Source: an uncultured Eubacteriales bacterium
Lineage (GTDB): Bacteria > Bacillota > Clostridia > TANB77 > RGIG9151
DNA: 12,820 nt
Reading direction: 5' to 3'
Assembly (NCBI GenBank): GCA_964631135.1
Contig: CAZVVZ010000026.1
Coordinates: 1-12,820, forward strand
How positions within the stretch are numbered: the first letter of the stretch is position 1; each line of letters opens with the position of its first letter. Positions 1-6,943 of this stretch are shown one piece after another. The notes under the pieces are model-generated. The model was not told the DNA's origin, did not search any database, and was given only the letters and a program-made list of their open reading frames with translations. The position numbers and the translations under genes are program-made.

Positions 1-2
1 AA

Positions 3-1391
3 CTAAAATTTCAATCTGTCACTAATGTAACTTTCCAACTCATCAATCGGAATTCTGACCTGTTCCATGGTATCTCTGTCACGAACAGTAACACACCCGT
101 CATTTTCCGAATCAAAATCATAAGTAACACAGAACGGAGTCCCAATTTCGTCTTCCCTTCTATATCTCTTTCCGATGCTACCTGCCTCATCATACTCGCA
201 CATAAACTTACCGGACAATTCCTCAAAAAGTTTAGTCGCAGGCTCAGATAACTTCTTGGAAAGTGGCAAAATAGCCACTTTAACAGGAGCTAATGCAGGA
301 TGTAAATGTAAAACAACCCTAACATCGCCTTCAGAAATTTCTTGCTCTTCATAAGCATTGCACAAAAACATCAAAAATAATCTGTCAACTCCAACAGCAG
401 GCTCAACACAATAAGGGACATACTTTTCATTAGTATCTGAATCTAAGTATGTTAAATCAGTCTTAGAAGCCTCCATATGACGAGATAAATCGTAATCAGT
501 TCTATCCGCAATCCCCCAAAGCTCTCCCCAGCCAAACGGGAATAAATATTCAATATCTGTGGTACCCTTGCTATAGAATGAAAGCTCCTCTTTAGAATGT
601 TCTCTCAATCTTAGACTTTCCTCTTTAGCACCCAAAGAAATAAGCCAGTTCTTGCAAAATCCCTTCCAATACTCATACCACTCTAAATCAGTACCGGGCT
701 TGCAGAAAAATTCAAGTTCCATCTGCTCAAACTCACGAGTTCTGAAAATAAAATTACCGGGTGTAATCTCATTTCTGAAAGAACGTCCCATCTGTCCAAT
801 ACCCATAGGCATTTTCCTTCTTGAAGTCCTTAAAACATTCTTAAAGTTAACAAACATACCCTGAGCAGTCTCAGGTCTTAAATAAACCTCAGACTTAGCA
901 TCTTCAGTAACTCCCATAAAAGTTTTAAACATTAAATTAAATTTTCTTATATCTGTAAAATCAGTCTTTCCACATTCAGGACAAGGCACTTTATTCTTAT
1001 TGATAAACTCAACTAACTGCTCATTAGTCCAACCGTCCAATCCGGAAACCGGATTACCGTTATTAAATGCCCATTCCTCTATAAGTTTATCTGCTCTATG
1101 TCTAGTTTTACAAGCCTTGCAGTCTATCAGCGGATCACTAAATCCGCCAACATGACCTGTAGTTACCCACACTTGTGGATTCATAATAATAGCAGCATCT
1201 ATCCCAACATTATATTTAGACTCACGAATAAACTTCTGCCACCATGCATCCTTAATATTCTTCTTAAGTTCACTGCCGAGAGGACCATAATCCCATGAAT
1301 TAGCAAGTCCCCCATAAATCTCGGATCCTGCATAAACAAACCCTCTGTTTTTAGCAAGTGCAACCAATTTATCCATAGTTAATTCTGACAT
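3..1391 (-). CDS. glyQS: Glycine--tRNA ligase, single-chain class II (GlyQS type)
   Basis: Track ORF 3..1439. The N-terminus [39 protein letters not shown] is the typical GlyQS start. Class II motif 2-like [25 protein letters not shown] and motif 3-like GVDRLF are present. I place the start at the ATG at 1391 because GGAAGGAG lies 8 nt upstream (tatGGAAGGAGtttttattATG). The 16 extra upstream codons of the track ORF have no RBS. Stop TAG at 3..5. Confidence 0.93.
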   Translation of the reverse strand: MSELTMDKLVALAKNRGFVYAGSEIYGGLANSWDYGPLGSELKKNIKDAWWQKFIRESKYNVGIDAAIIMNPQVWVTTGHVGGFSDPLIDCKACKTRHRADKLIEEWAFNNGNPVSGLDGWTNEQLVEFINKNKVPCPECGKTDFTDIRKFNLMFKTFMGVTEDAKSEVYLRPETAQGMFVNFKNVLRTSRRKMPMGIGQMGRSFRNEITPGNFIFRTREFEQMELEFFCKPGTDLEWYEYWKGFCKNWLISLGAKEESLRLREHSKEELSFYSKGTTDIEYLFPFGWGELWGIADRTDYDLSRHMEASKTDLTYLDSDTNEKYVPYCVEPAVGVDRLFLMFLCNAYEEQEISEGDVRVVLHLHPALAPVKVAILPLSKKLSEPATKLFEELSGKFMCEYDEAGSIGKRYRREDEIGTPFCVTYDFDSENDGCVTVRDRDTMEQVRIPIDELESYISDRLKF

Positions 1392-1424
1392 AATAAAAAC
1401 TCCTTCCATAGCATAAAAATCCGC

Positions 1425-1452
1425 ATTATGTCGCTCCACAACAAAGCATCAA
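1425..1452 (-). promoter_or_regulatory. Candidate sigma-A promoter for glyQS in the lysS-glyQS spacer (TTGATG-N16-CATAAT)
   Basis: The minus strand reads TTGATGctttgttgtggagcgaCATAAT about 30 nt upstream of the glyQS ATG. A weak 5-bp hairpin GTATC/GATAC (1454..1469) lies just upstream. This is a pattern match only, in an AT-rich spacer. Confidence 0.3.
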
Positions 1453-1475
1453 AGTATCTTTTCGGATACAAGAAA

Positions 1476-2939
1476 CTAATCATCCACCGGGCGCATAAGT
1501 GGGAATAAAATGCAATCCTTAATATTGTCCTGCTCAGTAAATAGCTGAAGTAATCTGTCAATACCCATACCCCATCCGGAAATAGGAGGCATACCATATT
1601 CCATAGCCAATAAATAATCTTCTTCCTTAACCATAGCCTCATCATCGCCATTATCACGACTTTTAGCCTGAGCCTCTAGCCTCTTTCTCTGCTCAACAGG
1701 ATCAACAAGCTCAGAATAAGCATTAACAATCTCTACTCCGTTGACAACAAGCTGGAATCTATCAGTAATATCCGGATTGTCATCATTAGAACGTGCAAGC
1801 GGTGATAGCTCTGTAGGGTGAGAAGTTAAAAACGTAGGGTTAACAATATTAGGGCGACTAACCTTCTTATAAAGCTGGTCAATCAAGTTCCCTAAGCCCA
1901 ACTCTTCTAAATTATCAACCTCTAAAACTATTCCGTGCGCCTTAATCTCAGCACGTAAATCATCTGCAGACTTAAACATCTCTATATCAATACCGCAATC
2001 TCTTAAGATAGCATCCTTAAATGAAATTTCTCCCCATTCCTGAGAAAAATCAATAGGAGTTCCATTTATAGAAACCGTCATAGTACCAAAAACTTCAGTA
2101 AGAATATATGTAAACATATCCTTCATAAGTTTCATATTATCCCTATAATTCCAGTAAGCAGAATACCCCTCAATCATAGTAAAATCTTGAAGGTGAGACT
2201 TATCAATCCCCTCATTTCTAAAGCATCTTGCAATTTCAAAAACATTAGTAAATCCACCAACAACCAATCTCTTTAAATATGTCTCAGGTGCAATTCTTAA
2301 GTACATATCAATGTCCAAAGCATTATGATGAGTAATGAACGGACGAGCCAAAGCGCCGGAAGCCTTGTTCAATAATATTGGAGTCTCAACCTCCAAAAAT
2401 CCCCTATCAGTTAAAAATGTCCTAATAGCATTTAACACTTTAGTCCTTAAAATAAACCTTTTCTTAGTATCAGTATTCATAATCAAGTCTAAATAACGTT
2501 GTCTGTAGCAAGCTTCAACGTCTGCCAAGCCATGCCATTTTTCCGGTAAAGGACGTAAGCACTTCCCTAGAAATGTATATTCACTTACACGAATAGTTTT
2601 CTCACCTGTCTGAGTAGTAAAAACTTCTCCTTCTACCCCAATAAAGTCACCGATATCTATATTTTCAAAAAAGAACTTATACTTTTCTTCACCTAAAATA
2701 TCCTTTTTTAAAGCAAGTTGAATTTTGCCCTCAACATCACCTATATGTATAAATGCAAGTTTTCCCATCTTTCTTTTAGATAAAAGTCTTCCGGCAACTC
2801 TCACACCTGTTGTTCCATCTTCTAAAGTACTAACATCTTTTAATTCGTGAGTCCTCTCATATCTCTCAGGATATGCTTGTACTGTCTGAGCTAAATTTGC
2901 AAGCTTAGCTCTTCTAACTTCAACTTGATCATTATCCAT
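1476..2939 (-). CDS. lysS: Lysine--tRNA ligase, class II
   Basis: Track ORF 1476..2954 begins at a TTG. The ATG at 2939 (MDNDQVEVRRAKLANL...) follows GGAGGG with a 7-nt spacer (tttGGAGGGaagtattATG), so I use it. An N-terminal OB-fold-like region is followed by a class II core with ARCFRNEGIDKSHLQDFTMIEGY and GWGMGIDRLLQLF. Stop TAG at 1476..1478. Confidence 0.93.
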   Translation of the reverse strand: MDNDQVEVRRAKLANLAQTVQAYPERYERTHELKDVSTLEDGTTGVRVAGRLLSKRKMGKLAFIHIGDVEGKIQLALKKDILGEEKYKFFFENIDIGDFIGVEGEVFTTQTGEKTIRVSEYTFLGKCLRPLPEKWHGLADVEACYRQRYLDLIMNTDTKKRFILRTKVLNAIRTFLTDRGFLEVETPILLNKASGALARPFITHHNALDIDMYLRIAPETYLKRLVVGGFTNVFEIARCFRNEGIDKSHLQDFTMIEGYSAYWNYRDNMKLMKDMFTYILTEVFGTMTVSINGTPIDFSQEWGEISFKDAILRDCGIDIEMFKSADDLRAEIKAHGIVLEVDNLEELGLGNLIDQLYKKVSRPNIVNPTFLTSHPTELSPLARSNDDNPDITDRFQLVVNGVEIVNAYSELVDPVEQRKRLEAQAKSRDNGDDEAMVKEEDYLLAMEYGMPPISGWGMGIDRLLQLFTEQDNIKDCILFPLMRPVDD

Positions 2940-2980
2940 AATACTTCCCTCCAAACTTTACTCCAAAAAATTCTGTTTGT

Positions 2981-3009
2981 ATTTTAACATAAATAAGAAT
3001 AATCGTCAA
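2981..3009 (-). promoter_or_regulatory. Predicted sigma-A promoter of lysS (TTGACG-N17-TAAAAT)
   Basis: The minus strand reads TTGACGattattcttatttatgtTAAAAT, with the -35 at 3004..3009 and the -10 at 2981..2986. This predicts a 5' UTR of about 35 nt that contains the GGAGGG RBS. Confidence 0.55.
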
Positions 3010-3038
3010 ATATTTCATAATTCGAACGTCGCAAAAAA

Positions 3039-3067
3039 GTTACTGCTCAGGCTACTGTACAAAAATA
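3039..3067. repeat. Conserved 29-nt intergenic box, copy A (gttactGCtcaggctactGtacaaaaata)
   Basis: 26/29 identical to 6889..6917 in the same orientation. Contains the direct repeat TACTG-N7-TACTG (3041..3045 and 3053..3057). The promoter-proximal end is exactly 29 nt from the lysS -35 hexamer. Confidence 0.6.
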
Positions 3068-3169
3068 GTATATATGTTTTATCGAGACTTAGGATTTGCG
3101 ACGAAAGACTTCTAAATTCCAATGACACATTTTATAGCAAAAATTCATATATTACTATGGGTGGTATTT

Positions 3170-4033
3170 ATGTCATTTGGAATTGCATTATCCGGCGGCG
3201 GGGCAAAAGGAGCAGCCCACATCGGTGTATTAAAGGCTTTAGAGGAAAATAATCTTATCCCCTCAACAATAGCCGGAACAAGTATCGGCTCTATAATAGG
3301 AGGTCTATATGCAATAGGGTACACGTCAAAAGACTTAGAGGATCTTTCAAAAAACTTCTCAAAGAATTATTTCATGTTTCTAGATCCATGCTATTCTCAA
3401 TATACTCGGGCGATTTTTCAGCTGCTTACACATTCGACAGTAACAATATCCGGCCTAATAAGAGGGAATAAATTAGAAGCATATTTTAAAAAGCTTACAA
3501 AAAACAAACACATAACTGATACAACTATGCGCTTTATATCCCCTTGTGTAGATTTAATAACCTCAAAAACAATAGTGTACACAAATTCATTAGATGGCCT
3601 GCCTGAAATTCCTAATATTGTCTGGAAAAATGATGCATATTTAGCAGAAGTAATGCGAGCCAGCTCATCACTGCCTGCAATATTTTATCCAAAAAAGTTA
3701 AATAACCTGTTACTTATTGACGGAGGAATTTCAGATAACTTACCTATAAACCTTTTGCATGCCGCAGGCGAAAAAAATATTCTTGCAATAGACTTAGCAC
3801 AAGAATATAAAAAGCCACAAAACAGTGGAATATTCGAACTTATTATTCATTCTTTTGAAATTATGCAGCTCACTGCAAAAAAGACATTGATCGGGAAAGA
3901 AAAATTTTTAATATCAATAAAGTTCCCCGACTCAGTCGAATTGTTAGACTTTAAAAATATGAATAAACTAATAGAAATTGGGTATCAAGCTACAAATGAT
4001 GTGATCCCCCAATTAAAAAAAATATTTAATTAA
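3170..4033 (+). CDS. Patatin-like phospholipase (RssA/YlbK-like)
   Basis: Track ORF 3122..4033. Oxyanion-hole motif LSGGGAKGAAHIGV, nucleophile elbow GTSIG (G-x-S-x-G) and catalytic Asp motif LIDGGISDNLP are present. I prefer the ATG at 3170 (MSFGIALSGGG...) because GGGTGG lies 5 nt upstream. The ATG at 3122 has no RBS but cannot be excluded; it would add a hydrophobic 16-aa extension. Confidence 0.85.
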   Translation: MSFGIALSGGGAKGAAHIGVLKALEENNLIPSTIAGTSIGSIIGGLYAIGYTSKDLEDLSKNFSKNYFMFLDPCYSQYTRAIFQLLTHSTVTISGLIRGNKLEAYFKKLTKNKHITDTTMRFISPCVDLITSKTIVYTNSLDGLPEIPNIVWKNDAYLAEVMRASSSLPAIFYPKKLNNLLLIDGGISDNLPINLLHAAGEKNILAIDLAQEYKKPQNSGIFELIIHSFEIMQLTAKKTLIGKEKFLISIKFPDSVELLDFKNMNKLIEIGYQATNDVIPQLKKIFN

Positions 4034-4038
4034 CAAGA

Positions 4039-4087
4039 ATCACCGTTCGCAAGGCTACTAAAAAAGTCTTGCGAACGGTGATTTTTG
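4039..4087. terminator. Bidirectional rho-independent terminator between the patatin gene (+) and holA (-)
   Basis: A perfect 15-bp stem ATCACCGTTCGCAAG (4039..4053) / CTTGCGAACGGTGAT (4068..4082) encloses a 14-nt loop gctactaaaaaagt. It is followed by TTTT on the plus strand and by tcttgtt on the minus strand. It lies 5 nt after the patatin stop and directly abuts the holA stop. Confidence 0.85.
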
Positions 4088-5026
4088 TCAGGCACAGCAT
4101 ATCACCATCTCAATTCCGGTTCTTAAATCAATTTCCCCTCTCTTACTTTTATAATCGATCATAGTAAACTCACCTAAAATCCGTCTTAACATATCAGTTG
4201 AATAGTTCTTAACCTGACTAAGAAGTTTTCTGTAAACATACGGATTGATTCCTAAATACTCTGCACTAGCAACACCGTCTTCTGCTGCAACCTTAATTAA
4301 AAACAAATTTCTAAAATGCTTATATAACATAATTAAAATAAACTGTTCAGCCTCTTTTTTAAGAATAAGTTCTTCTAATAGTTTAAGTGATTTCGCCTTA
4401 TCCTTAATTCCAATTGCATCTGTTAAGTCAAAAATAATACCTTGAATACTCTTAACCGCAACTCTGTCAATCAAATTTTTATCAATATTTTCTCCTTCTT
4501 TATTTAATATTGCAAGCTTTTTAATCTCACTATGCAAATAGCTCATAGACGGTCCACAAACCTCTGCTAAATATTTTGCAGTCTCAATATCAATACTCGC
4601 ACCACATTTCTTCATACCACTGCATATCCAATTTGCCAAGTCTATTTCGCCACGAAATTTTAGCTCTTCAAATTTAGCAACCTTTGCAAGCTTTTTGTAA
4701 GGGCTAAGCCTTTTATCCACACTATCTTCATTAAAAATGACCTCAACATACTCAGGCGGTTTAGTTAAATACTCTGTAACCTTCTCAACTGTAGATGAAG
4801 CAATTTTTTTCCCGGATGTAAAGAACCCTGAATTTTTAATATATATGACCTTTTTACTATCAAAAAACGGGAGTTGTTCACAATTATCCGGCAATTTCCC
4901 AATACTTTCTTCATCTAACTTAATAAAATTCATGTCTAAATTGCTTAAATTGCAGTCATCAATAACTTTGGCGGAATTGTACTCACGAAGAAAATCCTCT
5001 TCTCCATAAAAAACATATATACCCAT
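4088..5026 (-). CDS. holA: DNA polymerase III delta subunit
   Basis: 312-aa ORF. The N-terminus MGIYVFYGEEDFLREY and the overall length and helical C-terminal half resemble HolA as I remember it. ATG at 5026 follows GGGGGTGG (gGGGGTGGctagATG). Confidence 0.7.
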   Translation of the reverse strand: MGIYVFYGEEDFLREYNSAKVIDDCNLSNLDMNFIKLDEESIGKLPDNCEQLPFFDSKKVIYIKNSGFFTSGKKIASSTVEKVTEYLTKPPEYVEVIFNEDSVDKRLSPYKKLAKVAKFEELKFRGEIDLANWICSGMKKCGASIDIETAKYLAEVCGPSMSYLHSEIKKLAILNKEGENIDKNLIDRVAVKSIQGIIFDLTDAIGIKDKAKSLKLLEELILKKEAEQFILIMLYKHFRNLFLIKVAAEDGVASAEYLGINPYVYRKLLSQVKNYSTDMLRRILGEFTMIDYKSKRGEIDLRTGIEMVICCA

Positions 5027-5070
5027 CTAGCCACCCCCATTCATGCCTTTATCAATCACCTCATTCAGCC

Positions 5071-5664
5071 TTAAAAAATTTCCCTAAATTTCAAAAATTC
5101 ATTTATGCTCTTATCCTCCGCCCTATTTTTCTTAATCTGCTTACTATATCTGTCTTCCTCCGAATAAATGCAACCGCAGTACTTCTGCATATATAGTCCC
5201 ATCTCTCTGGCAATAGCCTGCCCCTCTCTGAAGCCCTCACGAAAATCTCTGTAGTAAAACTTTACTTCATATTTTTTAGCCATCTCTTCGCAAACCTCTT
5301 TTAATAACTCATGCTTTTGATAAGGACTAACTAAAAGTGTAGTAGAAAAAGCATCAAACCCTTTATCTTTGGCAGTCTTTGCAACAACTTCCATACGACT
5401 TTCATAGCAGTATCTGCATCTTTTATCCTCTTTACCATAAACAGCTCGTGTAAACCTAACTATATCGTAATCGTGCACTTCTATCGTAGGAATATTTTCA
5501 ATTTCCATAAGCTTTTTATAACTAAGAAATCTGCTATTATACTCAGTATACGGATGAATATTGGTATTAAACCAAAAAGAAGTTATATCAATATTCTCCC
5601 CCTTTAAAACCTTTAGCGGATACGTTGAACAAGGTCCGCAACAACTATGCAACAATAATTTCAT
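5071..5664 (-). CDS. queH: Epoxyqueuosine reductase QueH (DUF208)
   Basis: MKLLLHSCCGPCSTYP at the N-terminus, plus CRYCY and the C-terminal YCGCIYS cysteine clusters, are characteristic of DUF208/QueH. The ATG at 5664 follows GGAG (ttGGAGtgttttttATG). The track start at 5673 is a GTG inside that RBS. Confidence 0.8.
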   Translation of the reverse strand: MKLLLHSCCGPCSTYPLKVLKGENIDITSFWFNTNIHPYTEYNSRFLSYKKLMEIENIPTIEVHDYDIVRFTRAVYGKEDKRCRYCYESRMEVVAKTAKDKGFDAFSTTLLVSPYQKHELLKEVCEEMAKKYEVKFYYRDFREGFREGQAIAREMGLYMQKYCGCIYSEEDRYSKQIKKNRAEDKSINEFLKFREIF

Positions 5665-5692
5665 AAAAAACACTCCAATTAAAAATCATCTA

Positions 5693-6800
5693 TTAACCAT
5701 TAACCTTAGAATTTAAATAAGCATCAATGAATCCGTCAATCTCGCCATCCATAACAGCCTGGACATTACCAACCTCAAACCCGGTTCTATGATCCTTAGC
5801 CATACTATATGGGTGAAAAACATATGAGCGAATCTGACTACCCCATGCGATTTCCTTCATATCGCCCTTTAAATCTTCGATTTTTTCTAAATGCTCTCTC
5901 TCCTTAATCTCAAAAAGCTTAGATTTAAGCATCTTCATCGCAGTTTCACGATTTTGAATCTGAGAACGTTCAGTCTGACACGAAACAACAACACCCGTCG
6001 GAATATGTGTAATTCTAACCGCCGACTCCGTTTTATTGATATGTTGCCCGCCCGCACCACTTGCACGATATGTATCAACCCTTAAATCCACAGGGTTTAT
6101 ATCAATATTTATGTCATCAGATATCTCCGGCATAACATCTAAAGATGCAAACGAAGTATGACGTCTAGAATTCGCATCAAAAGGAGAAATCCTAACTAGC
6201 CTATGAACACCTTTCTCACAAGCCAAATATCCATAAGCATTCTCGCCCTCAACCATAAAAGTAACACTCTTAATCCCTGCATCATCTCCGGGAAGTAAAT
6301 CTAACTCACGAGCAGAAAAACCATTCCTTTCAGCCCACCTTAAATACATTCTGTAAAGCATCTCAACCCAGTCTTGAGCTTCCGTTCCGCCGGCACCGGA
6401 ATGAAGAGTTAAAATAGCATTATTTTTGTCATAAGGCCCACTTAAAAGTGTAGAAAGCTTTAACTTGTTGATAATCTTTTTAACCTTATAAATTCCTTTT
6501 CCGATCTCTTCAATAACAGAAGCATCATCCTCCTCTGTTCCCAATGTATTTAAAATTTCCAAATCACTTATTTCTCTAACTAAAGCCTCGTACTTCTCAA
6601 CACTAGACTTTAGGGTCTTACTCTTTTGCAATATCTTTTGAGAATTTTCTAAATCTTCCCAAAATCCATCTTTAGCAATCTCTTCATCTAATTTATCAAT
6701 CTCTTTTAATTTATTATTAACGTCAAAGAGAAACACTCAGTTCTTTAGATAATTCCTTTAATTCCTCAATTTGAGATTTATACTGCTCAAACTCTATCAT
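5693..6800 (-). CDS. prfB: Peptide chain release factor 2, expressed through a programmed +1 ribosomal frameshift
   Basis: The track ORF 5693..6736 carries the RF2 tripeptide SPF (RISPFDANSRRHTSF) and the GGQ motif (SGAGGQHINKTESAV). Upstream in the 0 frame, the ATG at 6800 (RBS GGGAG 8 nt upstream) encodes MIEFEQYKSQIEELKELSKELSVSL and then stops at TGA (6723..6725). Shifting +1 at CTT TGA C continues as DVNNKLKEIDKL..., which is the track ORF. Confidence 0.95.
6722..6728 (-). other. prfB: prfB +1 frameshift heptamer CTT TGA C
   Basis: The minus strand reads ...gaa ctg agt gtt tct CTT TGA Cgt taa taa.... This is the canonical autoregulatory RF2 shift site: a slippery CTT followed by an in-frame UGA with a C after it. 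Confidence 0.9.
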
Positions 6801-6830
6801 ACTATCAACTCCCAACATTTTATTAAATAT

Positions 6831-6859
6831 ACTTTATCATCTATACAGTATTTTTTCAA
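6831..6859 (-). promoter_or_regulatory. Predicted sigma-A promoter of prfB (TTGAAA-N17-TAAAGT with a TGn extended -10)
   Basis: The minus strand reads TTGAAAaaatactgtatagaTGaTAAAGT, with the -35 at 6854..6859 and the -10 at 6831..6836. The predicted 5' UTR is about 24 nt. Confidence 0.5.
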
Positions 6860-6888
6860 TAGTGATTCAGAGCCCATAACCGATATTT

Positions 6889-6917
6889 GTTACTAGTCAG
6901 GCTACTATACAAAAATA
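6889..6917. repeat. Conserved 29-nt intergenic box, copy B (gttactAGtcaggctactAtacaaaaata)
   Basis: 26/29 identical to 3039..3067 in the same orientation. Contains the direct repeat TACTA-N7-TACTA (6891..6895 and 6903..6907). The promoter-proximal end is exactly 29 nt from the prfB -35 hexamer. Confidence 0.6.
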
Positions 6918-6943
6918 TAATCCCGTATAATTACTAACTAACT

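Noticed and set aside
1392-1439. N-terminal extensions of track ORFs: glyQS to 1439, lysS to 2954, queH to 5673, spoIIAA to 9786 and htpG to 11956.
   Set aside because: The extended starts are non-ATG codons or lack an RBS, and several run through the promoter or RBS of the gene itself. Internal starts with good Shine-Dalgarno spacing reproduce the canonical family N-termini.
3021-3032. ttCGAACgtcgc as a LexA (Cheo box) or PurBox-like site upstream of lysS.
   Set aside because: Only one half-site (CGAAC) is present, with no GTTC partner at the required spacing. The PurBox alignment has several mismatches.
3122-3155. A sigma-K-like promoter (AC-N17-CATATATTA) upstream of the patatin gene.
   Set aside because: The pattern carries little information in AT-rich DNA. 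It would start transcription on top of the GGGTGG RBS and leave almost no leader. There is no independent support.
3122-4033. The patatin-like phospholipase as the effector of a CBASS or other anti-phage system.
   Set aside because: No cyclase/nucleotidyltransferase, sensor, NTPase or other defence-type partner is adjacent. Both neighbours are core genes (lysS, holA). The protein is short (about 287 aa) and looks like the housekeeping RssA/YlbK type.
6860-6943. A terminator for the flavoprotein gene before the prfB promoter.
   Set aside because: Only a 4-bp all-AT stem (TATA-cgggat-TATA followed by TTTTT) could be drawn, which is too weak to call. Read-through into prfB therefore cannot be excluded.
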